Source of the DNA: a virus
Virus record (IMG/VR): IMGVR_UViG_3300033004_000001
Span: 1 to 64,000 of that record
Reading direction: 5' to 3' (one strand)
DNA length: 64,000 nucleotides
The position numbers and the translations under genes were made by a program. The notes beneath the pieces are model-generated. The model saw nothing but the letters and a program-made list of their open reading frames with translations. It did no database searches and was not told where the DNA came from. This document shows positions 9,852 through 20,800 of this stretch, piece by piece; position 1 is the stretch's first letter, and each line of letters starts with the position of its first letter.

Positions 9852-11315
9852 ATGCAAGATAGTGTATTAAATGATCTTCAACTATTTAAGGCCAGATGGT
9901 TTTCTGACCTAGTAGATGAGAACATGCTTTCAAACGCGTTAATGACTGAACCTCACAAGGTGTCTACCGTATTGTCTTACATTTTTGGTCGTTATGAAAA
10001 CAGTTCAATTGACTTCTTAACAAGTGGTATGCAAAAAACTATTGTTACTGAGAATCGTCAATATGAATGGCCTGTAATGATTGAAAGTGATAAAGCAATC
10101 GTAATTAATCAAGCTAAGTGGCTAGGTGCTGCTATTACCTCTGATTTGACTCCTGGTATTAATGGAACCCCAATTCAATTGTGGTTATCCGAAAAATGGT
10201 TTGGTCCAGGTGCCATTCTCGAATTCGATGATAAAGAATTCCAAGCAAGAGTTATGGGCACTCCATATCAAGATGGTAACGATTTTGTTTACACGGTAGT
10301 TTGCGCTGACGGTCAGCCGTCTTCTTTTATTCCACCTTCTCTGTTAACAGCAGGAAGTCAAGTAAGTAGATTAGGTTCTGCATACGAGGAATACTCAGAA
10401 GAAGCAGATATCGTCAACTATCAAGCTCCGTTTAAACTTAGAAACCATCTAACAACTATGCGTCTCTCTTATGACATAACTGGCTCTGCTGTTGCTTCCG
10501 TAATGGTTATTGCAATGCGTGATCCTAAAACTAAGAAGACTTCATATTTGTGGTCTGATTATCAAGAATGGCTGGCATTACGTCAGTGGTATCAAACTCT
10601 TGATCGTCAATTAGTTTATTCTAAGTTTAATGCTAATAGTGATGGTACGACTGATTTAATTGGTACAAGTGGTCGTCCAGTATATATTGGAGCTGGTTTG
10701 TTACAACAGATTGCTCCATCCAATCGTAAGACTTATACTACTCTTACGGCTGATCTATTAGAAGATTTCTTATTTGATCTCTCCTATAACGTTCTTGGAA
10801 CTAACGATCGTAAGTTCGTAGCTCTAACCGGTGAAATGGGGATGAAAGAATTAGATAGAGTATTAAAATCTAAAGCAGCTGCTTATACGCTGGTTGACTC
10901 TAAATTTGTTACTGGCACAGGTCAGCAATTAACTTTAGGTGGTCAGTTTGTAACTTGGAAAATGTTAAATGGAGTTGAATTAACTCTGAAACATTTCCCG
11001 TTGTATGACAATATTGTTTACAATCGTAAGTTGCATCCAGTAACTGGTAAGCCTCTTGAATCTTATCGTTTTACATTCCTTGACTTTGGTAACCGTGATG
11101 GTGAATCCAATGTTATGAAGGTTGTTCGTAAAGGACGTGAAATGGTTCAGTGGTATACTGGTGGTTCAGTAGCTCCAGGACAAGGATTTTCTACGTCAAA
11201 GAATACTCTTCGTTCTAATGCAAAAGATGGATATTCAGTTCATTTCTTGTCAGAACAAGGTATTATGATTAAAGATCCGACTTCCTCGGGAGAATTAATT
11301 TGCGACGCAGCTTAA
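9852..11315 (+). CDS. Major capsid protein (HK97 fold, crAss type)
   Basis: 487 aa, EEYSE, HPVTGKPLESYR, DGYSVHFL motifs typical of crAss MCPs; high-expression codon usage. Confidence 0.93.
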   Translation: MQDSVLNDLQLFKARWFSDLVDENMLSNALMTEPHKVSTVLSYIFGRYENSSIDFLTSGMQKTIVTENRQYEWPVMIESDKAIVINQAKWLGAAITSDLTPGINGTPIQLWLSEKWFGPGAILEFDDKEFQARVMGTPYQDGNDFVYTVVCADGQPSSFIPPSLLTAGSQVSRLGSAYEEYSEEADIVNYQAPFKLRNHLTTMRLSYDITGSAVASVMVIAMRDPKTKKTSYLWSDYQEWLALRQWYQTLDRQLVYSKFNANSDGTTDLIGTSGRPVYIGAGLLQQIAPSNRKTYTTLTADLLEDFLFDLSYNVLGTNDRKFVALTGEMGMKELDRVLKSKAAAYTLVDSKFVTGTGQQLTLGGQFVTWKMLNGVELTLKHFPLYDNIVYNRKLHPVTGKPLESYRFTFLDFGNRDGESNVMKVVRKGREMVQWYTGGSVAPGQGFSTSKNTLRSNAKDGYSVHFLSEQGIMIKDPTSSGELICDAA

Positions 11316-11336
11316 CATAAAATATTTTAGTTAATT

Positions 11337-11364
11337 TGTAACTTTTATTAAGTGATCTCGTATA
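11337..11364 (+). promoter_or_regulatory. Putative ECF-like promoter TGTAAC-N16-CGTATA
   Basis: Recurrent motif in the intergenic gap ahead of the homing endonuclease. Confidence 0.55.
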
Positions 11365-11383
11365 ATATATAAAAATATATATT

Positions 11384-11965
11384 ATGAAAAGAGATAGAAT
11401 TTTAGAAGTTTACAAAATAACTAATAAAATAAATAGTAAAGTGTATGTGGGAATTACGATTCAAGGATATAAAGTTAGATGGATTAAACACTGTTCTGAT
11501 GCTATTCATGATTCTACATTCCCACTACACAATGCTATTAGAAAATATGGAATTGATAATTTCCAAATAGAAGTTATAGAAATTTGTAATTCAGTAGAAC
11601 AACTTAAAAATCAAGAAAAATATTGGATATCTAAACTACAATCCAGAACTGTTCAAAATGGATATAATTTAACAGATGGAGGAGATGGAACTTTTGGAAG
11701 AATATTTTCAGAAGAAACTAAAAAGAAATTAAGTATTGCAGCTAAAAATAGAAGAGCTAGTGAGACTACTAAAGAAATACTTAGAAAAGCATCTCCAAAC
11801 AATAAAGAAATAATGATGTTTAGTTTAGAAAATATTTATATAAAGAGTTTTAGAAGTTCTAGAGAAGCAGGAAGAGAAGTTAAAGTGTCTGCTACTAATA
11901 TTGCTAAATGTGCTAGAGGAATATATAAAACTTCAGGTGGTTATATTTGGAAATATAAAGAATAA
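11384..11965 (+). mobile_element. Free-standing GIY-YIG homing endonuclease with NUMOD3-like and NUMOD1/HTH DNA-binding modules
   Basis: VYKITNKINSKVYVG, R.IKH, E..WI, GYN.T.GG; FSEETKKKLS; F.S..EA..., GGYIWKY. Confidence 0.9.
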
Positions 11966-11992
11966 AATGTTTAACTCTTAATAATTAAATTA

Positions 11993-12754
11993 ATGGAAGT
12001 TATATTACGACCCCTACGTAAAGATAAGTGGGCAGGAGTATTTAAATATAGAAATTGTTCTGATTATTTAGGATCTTATTGGACTAGATCCGGATCTATT
12101 TATACAGGACTAACAGAAGAAGATGGAGTATCTAAAGAGACTGTTGAAAAACTTGAAAAAGCTGTAGGACAAAGTTTACATCCAGCTTCAGAATTTTGGA
12201 AGAATTTTACTATTAGAATTACTAATAAGGAAACATATTTTCATACAGAAGATCCTTGGGACGAACTTAGATATTTATTTCTAAAGAGTCATAAAAGGGT
12301 TGCTAATGGATTATCAGATCATAAACCTACTGCAAACTATGTATTGATAAATAAAGAAGTTGAGGCATTAGTATCTAATAAAGCTAGTCAAATTAAACGT
12401 AAAGCAATGAAAGAATTTGATAAACTTTCATTAGTAGATATGAGAAAAGTATTACGTTTATATGGACATAAGTCAGATAACTTAAGTGCTGAATTAGTTG
12501 AATCTACATTATTTGATATTGTAGAAAGAGATCCAGAGAAGTTTTTTGATAAGTGGGTTACTAATTCTACTAGAGAAACTGATTACTTAATTCATGAAGC
12601 AATAGCAAAGAATGTTATTAGAAAGAATAAATCAGAGTATAAATATGGTACTGATATAATTGGTCATACTCTTGAAGATGCTATAACATACTTAGATTCT
12701 CCTACAAATAGAGATTTAAAGGCAATTATTACAAATGAAGTTAACGGTAAATAA
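11993..12754 (+). CDS. Conserved crAss structural-block protein downstream of MCP
   Basis: Synteny; TGL..E and FWKNF motifs of this family. Confidence 0.7.
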   Translation: MEVILRPLRKDKWAGVFKYRNCSDYLGSYWTRSGSIYTGLTEEDGVSKETVEKLEKAVGQSLHPASEFWKNFTIRITNKETYFHTEDPWDELRYLFLKSHKRVANGLSDHKPTANYVLINKEVEALVSNKASQIKRKAMKEFDKLSLVDMRKVLRLYGHKSDNLSAELVESTLFDIVERDPEKFFDKWVTNSTRETDYLIHEAIAKNVIRKNKSEYKYGTDIIGHTLEDAITYLDSPTNRDLKAIITNEVNGK

Positions 12755-12757
12755 TAA

Positions 12758-13480
12758 ATGACTGTTAGTGAAATGCATACTGCGTTTAGGTTACACCTAG
12801 ACAAATCTTCTTCTTTGGTAGGAATTCCAGATTTCCTACCAGAGGAGATTGATTTTTGGCTTAATGAAGCTCAAGATAGATTTATCAAGCAGAGGATGTT
12901 TGGTGATAACTATATGAGAACTGGATTAGAACAGAATCAAAAAAGAATAGATGATCTTAGAAATTTAGTAATTCTTCTTCTTGATGGAGCACTAACTGCA
13001 AGTGATATAGCAGTTAATGTTAAAGAATATACTTTACCGATTAATGATGGAACTAGTCCTTATATGTTTTATATTAGTTCTACTGTATATAAATATACTA
13101 CTGGATCTGGACATAAATTTGCTGATGATAGTGAAACATTACAAGTTAAAGATATAATACAACATGAACGATTAAAGGATTATCTTAAAGATGGAATAAA
13201 TGATCCTTATATTCGTAGGCCATTAGTTACATTTTATGGAGATAAAATAGCATTTATATATGGAGATGAGTTTGTTCCAACTACTTGTGATATAACATAT
13301 CTTAAGAGACCTAAAAAATTAGTATTAAGTTCTCCAACAGGATATCAAACAACTACTTGTGAATTAGCAGTTCATACTCATCCTGAGATAGCTGTAATGG
13401 CTGCTGATTTAGTAATTGAGAATACGGAGTCTCCTAGAGTACAAACATTTGAACAACTTAATGCATCTAAAGTAGAATAA
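12758..13480 (+). CDS. Tail ring / head-tail connector protein
   Basis: EIDFWLNEAQ..FIK, KRIDDLRNL, YLKRP, CEL..H.EI pattern of crAss ring proteins. Confidence 0.75.
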   Translation: MTVSEMHTAFRLHLDKSSSLVGIPDFLPEEIDFWLNEAQDRFIKQRMFGDNYMRTGLEQNQKRIDDLRNLVILLLDGALTASDIAVNVKEYTLPINDGTSPYMFYISSTVYKYTTGSGHKFADDSETLQVKDIIQHERLKDYLKDGINDPYIRRPLVTFYGDKIAFIYGDEFVPTTCDITYLKRPKKLVLSSPTGYQTTTCELAVHTHPEIAVMAADLVIENTESPRVQTFEQLNASKVE

Positions 13481-13481
13481 T

Positions 13482-14213
13482 ATGACAGGTAGAGAAATGC
13501 AAATATCATTTATTACAGAGTTATCTCATAATGGTGATTTTATAATATACAGAACTGCTCATCGTAGTTCTGGAACTGCTTTGACTTCTGAAGTATCAGA
13601 TATGCCTGGTTCAGATATTATATTCTATTGGATTAACAGAGCTATAGAGAAGTTTGTAAAGACTAGATATAGTGGGATGAATGCTAAAAGAGAATCGTTT
13701 GAACAGACTCAGAAACGTATTAATGATCTTAGAACTCTAGTAACAGAATCAACTATTAGTACTTCTACTAGTACTATAAAACCTAATAGTTATCAGGCTA
13801 CTCTCCCTAATGACTATATGTTTACTGCATCAGAAGAAGTAGACATTATATATACAAATTTAAGTAATGTTTCTGTAACAGCAAGAATGGGAGTAAAACA
13901 AATTACATCGGATACATATAGACAAGAAATAAATGATCCTATGGGTGATCATATATTACAATATGGATGGACTGCACCATTAAGAATGTATCAAGATAAT
14001 ATTGTATTATTAATATCTGATGGACAATATACTATACCAACTTATTATTTAAGATATATCAAAAATCCAGAAACTGTAAGCTTAACAAATGATTGTGATC
14101 TAGCTAGTGAATCTCACTATGAAATCGTAAAGATGGCAGTGGGATTATATTTAGAGAATACAATGAATACTAGGTATAGTACTTATTCTAATGAATTACA
14201 AACAATGGAATAA
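13482..14213 (+). CDS. Tail ring protein, paralog of upstream gene
   Basis: Shares FEQTQKRINDLRTL, YIKNP, CDL..H.EIV with upstream ORF. Confidence 0.75.
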   Translation: MTGREMQISFITELSHNGDFIIYRTAHRSSGTALTSEVSDMPGSDIIFYWINRAIEKFVKTRYSGMNAKRESFEQTQKRINDLRTLVTESTISTSTSTIKPNSYQATLPNDYMFTASEEVDIIYTNLSNVSVTARMGVKQITSDTYRQEINDPMGDHILQYGWTAPLRMYQDNIVLLISDGQYTIPTYYLRYIKNPETVSLTNDCDLASESHYEIVKMAVGLYLENTMNTRYSTYSNELQTME

Positions 14214-14221
14214 GTTAAGAA

Positions 14222-14341
14222 ATACACATTTGGTTTGACGTAGAAACGCCATGAAGTAATTCATGATTAAAAGAGCGGAGTAGAAGAACCTGTACATTAA
14301 TACAATGTACACTTTCGACGAAGTTGACCGATTTAGTGTAT
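14222..14341 (+). ncRNA. Candidate structured RNA in the leader of the auxiliary capsid gene
   Basis: Closing stem ATACAC/GTGTAT, hairpins CATGAA-GTAA-TTCATG and TGTACATT/AATGTACA, CGC/GCG. Confidence 0.6.
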
Positions 14342-14369
14342 ACATGTATTAATAAATAAAATAAATAAT

Positions 14370-15407
14370 ATGATTAATAGAGTAAATAAAGTTTTAATAG
14401 GTAAGGATATTACCAGAACTGCTGCTCTTACATCAAATACTCTTTATGTTATTGGAAATGGAGCTGGTGCTCAATCTAATGGCCCGGCAGATGGAGAAAT
14501 TTTAGTTCTTGATAAGAACAAAAAACTTCTTGTTGCTGGTGCTACAGTAGCAGATAGCGATACTATTTATATAGCAGAATGTACTGGAGATACTTATAAT
14601 CTCGTTACTCCTGCTAATAGTTATGCTGTAACTACTATTAGAAAGTTTATCATCTCTGATCCAATAGTTGGTAGTGATGTAATTGGGTACAGTGGAAGGG
14701 CATATTCTGCAGCTGTTGCTCAAGTCGTTACTATTACTCCTACTCTCACTCCTGTAATAGGAACAGAGTATGTGTTACGTATCGTCTATACTGATACTAG
14801 AGAACATCCGGGTCAGGTAACAGCTACTTATAGACATGTAGCTACAAGTGCTACATTGGCTACGTTATTGACAGCTATTAATGCTAAAATTAATGCAGAT
14901 ACTCATAGACGTGTAAATGCAACTGGTGGAACTACTACAATTGTTCTTACTGGTCGTACATTACCTTATGATGTAACTGATAGTGTTGATGCACTTGATG
15001 CTTATCAACAAGTTAATTTTAAAGCATTTTTGCTTTCTAATAACTGGGGTACTGCTGCTACTCCAATAGTATACACTACTGCTCCTGTTCCAGGTACTGG
15101 TACATGGCAGAGAGTACGTGATGCTGAACAAGCTGCATTAGGATACAAAGGTGTTCATAGTAAGATAGTATTCCCTTATCAAGCTCCAGCAATGAGAGTT
15201 GTTAAGGATGAAACTTATGATTGTGTTGTTATTGAACACAATGTACCTTATCAGTCACCTGATAATCAATATGTTAAGAAAGCTCCGGTTACTACTGAAG
15301 TTTATATTCCTAATACTGCTACAGCTAATCAGATGACTGAAGTGTTAGCATGTTTGAATCCTTGGATGGCTTCTTGTCCAGGTGCATTTGGTGTCGTTGG
15401 TTTCTAA
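14370..15407 (+). CDS. Auxiliary capsid (decoration) protein
   Basis: Thr/Ala-rich 345 aa, high-expression codons, W..VRDAE..ALGY motif, crAss synteny. Confidence 0.7.
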   Translation: MINRVNKVLIGKDITRTAALTSNTLYVIGNGAGAQSNGPADGEILVLDKNKKLLVAGATVADSDTIYIAECTGDTYNLVTPANSYAVTTIRKFIISDPIVGSDVIGYSGRAYSAAVAQVVTITPTLTPVIGTEYVLRIVYTDTREHPGQVTATYRHVATSATLATLLTAINAKINADTHRRVNATGGTTTIVLTGRTLPYDVTDSVDALDAYQQVNFKAFLLSNNWGTAATPIVYTTAPVPGTGTWQRVRDAEQAALGYKGVHSKIVFPYQAPAMRVVKDETYDCVVIEHNVPYQSPDNQYVKKAPVTTEVYIPNTATANQMTEVLACLNPWMASCPGAFGVVGF

Positions 15408-15426
15408 TCTATAAATTATAAAGAAT

Positions 15427-15831
15427 ATGGCAAAAAATGTATTTCAAGCAAGTAGGACTGCTTTTGCAAATGTAACTTTTCCAACTTCTAACTCTACTAT
15501 AGTTAGTTCTGGATCAAATGTTTACATTCCAAAAGGTGCTATTATAACTGCTGTTAGAGTAATGGCAGGAGACGCTGTAACGTTATCAGATCTTGCTAAC
15601 TGTACTGCAGCCATCTATGTAGGTGGTCTCAGTGTTGCTAGTGGTATTGCTTCTGTTGCACAAACAGTTCCAAAGCAATATGTATTGGCTTCAACTGGTG
15701 GAGTATATGTCACAGCAGGTGGAGATATTATATTCTACTTAGGTAGTGCAACTTCTACTACTGGTGGTTTAGTAGGTGATATGGATGTTTATGTAGATTA
15801 TCTCTATTGTACTGATAGGGATGATGCATAA
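15427..15831 (+). CDS. Small beta-rich head decoration/fibre protein
   Basis: IPKGAII..V..YVDY pattern typical of capsid decoration proteins; co-transcribed with previous gene. Confidence 0.55.
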   Translation: MAKNVFQASRTAFANVTFPTSNSTIVSSGSNVYIPKGAIITAVRVMAGDAVTLSDLANCTAAIYVGGLSVASGIASVAQTVPKQYVLASTGGVYVTAGGDIIFYLGSATSTTGGLVGDMDVYVDYLYCTDRDDA

Positions 15832-15842
15832 TAGATAATATT

Positions 15843-15879
15843 AGAAGAGGGGAGTAAAATCCCCTTTTCTTTAATTTTT
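15843..15879 (+). terminator. Intrinsic terminator
   Basis: AGAAGAGGGGA-gtaaaa-TCCCCTTTTCT followed by T-rich tail. Confidence 0.85.
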
Positions 15880-15884
15880 ATAAA

Positions 15885-16616
15885 ATGATTTCTAGAATAG
15901 TAGGTGAAGAAGAAGTTTTGGGAGTTAACAACTCTAATCTGGACAAAGCAATAGAAAGAGTAGACAAATCTAATATGTATAAGGATTTATCTACTATTAT
16001 AATTTGTCCTACTAGAGGAATGTTTCCAACTAGAATTGTACAATCTTGGATGAAACTAATGCGTCCAATGAATCAGCGAGTTGCAGGACCCATATTTGCA
16101 GAAAGTATGAAGGTTGATGTCGCTTATAATACTTTAATTAAGTATATATTAGGAAATAAAATTTTAAACAATTATAAATATATTCTTACCTTAGAAGAGG
16201 ATAATATGCCTCCTCCAGATGGATTATTAAAACTATATGAAAGTATAGATGATTATGATGTTGTGGCAGGTTTATATTGGGGTAAAGGAGAAAATGGATT
16301 TCCAATGATGTTTGGTGATCCTGTTGATCCTGATGATTGTAAACCAGTTCTTCCTAAGAGAGATAGTATACAAAGAGTTAATGCTTTAGGTATGGGATTT
16401 AATTTATTCAAACTTGATATGTTTAGAACTATTCCAGAACCTTGGTTTAAGACAGTAGAGGATTATATTCCTGGAATATGTCCGGAAGGATCAGGAATAT
16501 CAATGACTCAAGACTTCTATTTTTATAGAATAGCTAGTCAATACGGATTTAAATTTTGTGTAGATACTAGAGTTTTAGTTGGGCATTTGGATGCAAAGGA
16601 GGATAAAGTATGGTAA
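15885..16616 (+). CDS. Glycosyltransferase family 2-like (GT-A fold)
   Basis: IIICPTRG, YILTLEEDN (DxD-equivalent), DVVAGLY, GMGFNLF, QDFYF, VDTRVLVGH. Confidence 0.8.
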   Translation: MISRIVGEEEVLGVNNSNLDKAIERVDKSNMYKDLSTIIICPTRGMFPTRIVQSWMKLMRPMNQRVAGPIFAESMKVDVAYNTLIKYILGNKILNNYKYILTLEEDNMPPPDGLLKLYESIDDYDVVAGLYWGKGENGFPMMFGDPVDPDDCKPVLPKRDSIQRVNALGMGFNLFKLDMFRTIPEPWFKTVEDYIPGICPEGSGISMTQDFYFYRIASQYGFKFCVDTRVLVGHLDAKEDKVW

Positions 16617-17191
16617 GTGATATATTAAAAAGTTATAAAGATAAATATAATAAAATTAAGTTAGATCTAGCATGTGGTGGTAGTGAAAAGAATGGAGAAG
16701 ATTATATTGGAGTTGATATATCAGATGAATTAGAGACAGATATAACATTAGATTTGAATCAATATCCTTGGCCATTTGAAAATGATAGTATAGATGAAAT
16801 ATTTTGTCGTAATTATATTGAACATATTCCTCATGATTTAAATAATGGAAATAAATTAGATGGATTAATTCAGTTTATGAATGAATTATATAGAATCTTA
16901 AAGCCGTCTGGAAAGGCAGTTATAATAGCTCCATATTGTACTTCAATAAGAGCATATGGAGATCCAACACATCTGAGATTTATATCTGATTGGACATTTT
17001 ATTATTATAATAAAAGTTGGAGAGAACTTAATAAGTTAGGACATATGGGAATCACAACTAACTTTGATATAATCTATTCATATAATATAAGTGAAGAAAT
17101 GTCATTAAGATCAGAAGTAGTTAGAAATAAAGCATTCCTTGAGAATTGGAATGCTATTGATGAAATAATAGTAGATTTAATTAAAAGATAA
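16610..17191 (+). CDS. Class I SAM-dependent methyltransferase
   Basis: LDLACG motif I, GVDI, WPFENDSID, EHI, ELYRILKPSG, DPTH. Confidence 0.88.
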   Translation: MVSDILKSYKDKYNKIKLDLACGGSEKNGEDYIGVDISDELETDITLDLNQYPWPFENDSIDEIFCRNYIEHIPHDLNNGNKLDGLIQFMNELYRILKPSGKAVIIAPYCTSIRAYGDPTHLRFISDWTFYYYNKSWRELNKLGHMGITTNFDIIYSYNISEEMSLRSEVVRNKAFLENWNAIDEIIVDLIKR

Positions 17192-17192
17192 T

Positions 17193-17816
17193 ATGGCATT
17201 AGTATTAGATTTGTCTGTTGAGGAACAGAATGATAGTAAAGTTATAACATTTACAGATACTTCAACTGGATGGGGTACACCTGCAGTTACAGATATTGCA
17301 GCTAGAACATCTTTAACTTATTCATTAATATTAGATATAACTGTTAATACTCCTACTGGAGCAACAGTATATGATACTATAGATTTATACGGTAAAGGAT
17401 TAGCTACTCCATTTGTTACTCAAGCTGATTTAGTATTTGCTTTAGATGCAAGTATGATATTTGATAATTCAGAAGTTCTTGGAACTGCAGATACTCTATT
17501 ACCAGATGGAATATGGGATTTAATTTATAGAGTTCAATATTATACTGGAGGAGCATGGACTACAGTTGCTACTAAAACTATGTCTATATTAGTATCTGGA
17601 CAAATAACAAAAGCAGTATATGATAAGTTAAGATTAGTTCCTCGATGGACTGATTCTGATGCCGGAAAGTATAGAGATATACAGGAGGCTGGATATTATT
17701 ATACTTATCTACAATCTATAGAGAAGAGTGCATTTATTGCACGAAAAGTTGAGTTATTAGATATGTTAGCAACGCTACAAAGATTATTAATAAATGGAAG
17801 TAATTATCCTTGGTAA
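17193..17816 (+). CDS. Putative tail hub/collar structural protein
   Basis: Beta-rich N-terminus, LPDGIW motif, helical C-terminus; precedes fibre gene. Confidence 0.5.
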   Translation: MALVLDLSVEEQNDSKVITFTDTSTGWGTPAVTDIAARTSLTYSLILDITVNTPTGATVYDTIDLYGKGLATPFVTQADLVFALDASMIFDNSEVLGTADTLLPDGIWDLIYRVQYYTGGAWTTVATKTMSILVSGQITKAVYDKLRLVPRWTDSDAGKYRDIQEAGYYYTYLQSIEKSAFIARKVELLDMLATLQRLLINGSNYPW

Positions 17817-20800
17817 TCCTTTTTTGGAGGATTCTGGAACAATAACACCAATTACTGTTCCTGCATACGAAGCTGAAGAAACGGTTATTCCATTAACAGA
17901 TGGATTTAATCCTTATATTATTGGATCTAGTTCTTCAGTAGATACATATTGGGTTAGATCTGGAACTAATTTATTGCGTCCTGTTTTAACTACTGATAAA
18001 GTAGTTATAGGAGGAGCTTCTTTTGTTGGAACTGAAACTCTTAGAGTTGTTGGAGTATTAAATATTAGTGGATTAGTTTTTGGATCAGAGTCTACTTATG
18101 TAACTAAATTATTAGATGAAGATGATTTAGCTTCTAATGATGAACATGCTTTAGCTACACAACAATCTATTAAAGCTTATGTAGATAGTGTTAGTGTTGG
18201 GATACAACCTGGAGATAATGTATCGTTATTAGTTAATGATGTACCATATTTAATAACTGAAACTGATCCAGTATTTTTAGCTAGTGATGCAGCTGCAGTT
18301 ACATCTACTTTAATATCAAACTGGAATACTGCATATGGTTGGGGTAATCATGCTAGTGCTGGGTATCTTACCGTAGAAGCAGATCCAGTGTTTGTAGCAT
18401 CAGATGTATATGGAGTAACAAATACTGATATTGCTAATTGGAATGATGCTTTTTCTAAGGAACATGTTCATTCTAATTTTTCACTATTAGAAAGTATTAT
18501 ATCAACTGGAGACGGAACTAGTGCTTTATTTAACGATGGAACTTATAAAACTGTTCCAACTTTAATTGGTGGATCTGATTCTTATGTACAATATAATGAT
18601 AGTGGAGTACTTGGAGGAGATAGTACTTTCTTCTTTAATGATATTACAAAATTATTAACAGTTCAAGAAGTATACGTTTCTGATCAGTTGGATTTAGCTA
18701 GTGATGCTAGTATTTATATAGACGTAGATGGTAGTAATAATTTACAATTTACAGATTCTATATCAGGATCAGTTACATTAGCAACTCTTTTAAGTGCTGC
18801 GACTAATTATTGGACTACTACAACTGGAGGTATTTATTATAGTACTGGAACTGATAAAGTTGGTATAGGAACTTCTACTTTAGGAACTGAAATATTAACA
18901 GTCAATGGAAATATTACAGCTACTGATTTTAATAGTTCTTATTTTAAATATACAATTGATAGTAATTTATTAATAGGTCCTAATGCTGGAGACTTGGAAA
19001 CTGGATCTAATTTATTGTATATAGCAAATAGTAATACTACTACTCCGTTAATATACGGTGACTTTATAGATCAAGAGCTTGTATTAAATGCAGATGTTTA
19101 TATTAATGTAATTAAGAGATTAGCTTTTGGTAGTTCTACTATATTTATTAGAGGTGATGCTTTTGGTAATTTAATATTTGGAGATCTTAATGCTAATAGT
19201 GGAAATCCTATATTTCTTAGTGATTTAATTATAGGTGACCCAGCAACTTTTGCAATGGTTGCTGACTTTGTTGATTATTCAGCTGCTAATTCTGTTTCAT
19301 CTGCTAATTTAGTAACTTGGAATAAAGCTTCTGTTATAATAACTACTGGAGCTGGAGATGCTTATTTGGCTAATGATGGAACTTATAAAATTATAGGATC
19401 AGCTGGAAATAATGTAATATTGTTTCTTCATGAAGAAGTATCAGATGTATCTGGATATGAGAAATTATTAACATCTCCAGCAAATGATCCTGAAAATATA
19501 GAAACTGTTGGAGTTACTTCTGGAACTAGTCCTATATTAATTGATTCTCATAATCATGTTACTGAACCTGGATATCCAGGACTTACTGAAATACCTGCTG
19601 GATTATGGATATTTAAAACTTGGTTAAGAGTTGATTCTGCAGCTGGAACTACTACTGCAACTATAAGAGTTTATAAAAGGACTGATCCTGGTGGAACTGA
19701 AACTGAATTATTTAATGTAACAACCGCTGAAATAAATAATACAACGGTTTCTCAATTTGTAATAGAAAGTGTTCAACCTGCTTTTTCATTAAATGCTACT
19801 GATAGAATTGTAGTTAAATATTATGCTAGTACTACCAGTGGTGGTACTATAAATGTATTTATGTACTATGAAGGATCGTTACATTATTCTTATATAATAG
19901 CTCCTATAGTATCTGAATCTATTTTGGTAAATGATTATACTTGGAAATGGGATTCTGCTAATTCTTATTATAGACCTTATACAACTAAAACTGAAGCTGG
20001 AGGAGTATTAAGCCCTGGTAAATTTTATAATGGAACTATAGCAACTAGTTCAACTACTAGATTAAATTATGATGGTAATTTTTATTCAACTAATTTAAAT
20101 GCTCAAACCCTTACTTCTAGTATTGCTATTGGAACGTCTCCATTGACTGTTACATCGAATACAGTAGTAACTAATTTAAATTCAGATTTATTAGATGGTG
20201 AGCATGGTGGTTATTATTCAGATTATGGAAATCTTTCAAGTATTCCAACTTATGATTATTTAAATAGTCCCAATGACGTAGGAGGCGTATTAATTGCTGA
20301 TCCTTTAAATAGTGGTCTTCCTGGTGATGATTTTAATTATTTTGCTTGGGATGTAACTAATCATTTTTTAGGAATTGGAACAAATGCTCCATTATCAGGA
20401 TTAGATGTAGAAGGAAGTACTGCTACATTTGGATATCCTAGTGGTAATGCTAGATTTTTACGAACTGCTGGAACACTTAGTTCTGGAGACTTACTAGTTA
20501 GTTATGTAGGAAGTAATATATTTAAAATTACAGATACTACTGGAGTACATGGACTGTCTATAAATACTACTACTGGATCTGTAGGAATCGGAACATTTGT
20601 CCCAAGTTATTCATTAGATGTTCAAGCTTATTCTGGATCTTCTTATCTACTTAAACTCCAAAATTCTGATTTTTCATCTTCTACTACAGGAAGCGGTTTA
20701 TTTATAGTTACAGGAGCAACTCTTGGAAATACATATACTTCAATACAGTCCTTTACAGCAGGGGCTTCAGCAGTTGGAAGTCTTGTTTTAAATAAAGATG

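Noticed and set aside
11316-11992. Group I intron interrupting MCP
   Set aside because: MCP ends with a complete-looking C-terminus and TAA; flanks of the endonuclease ORF are too short (68 and 27 bp) for a ribozyme core.
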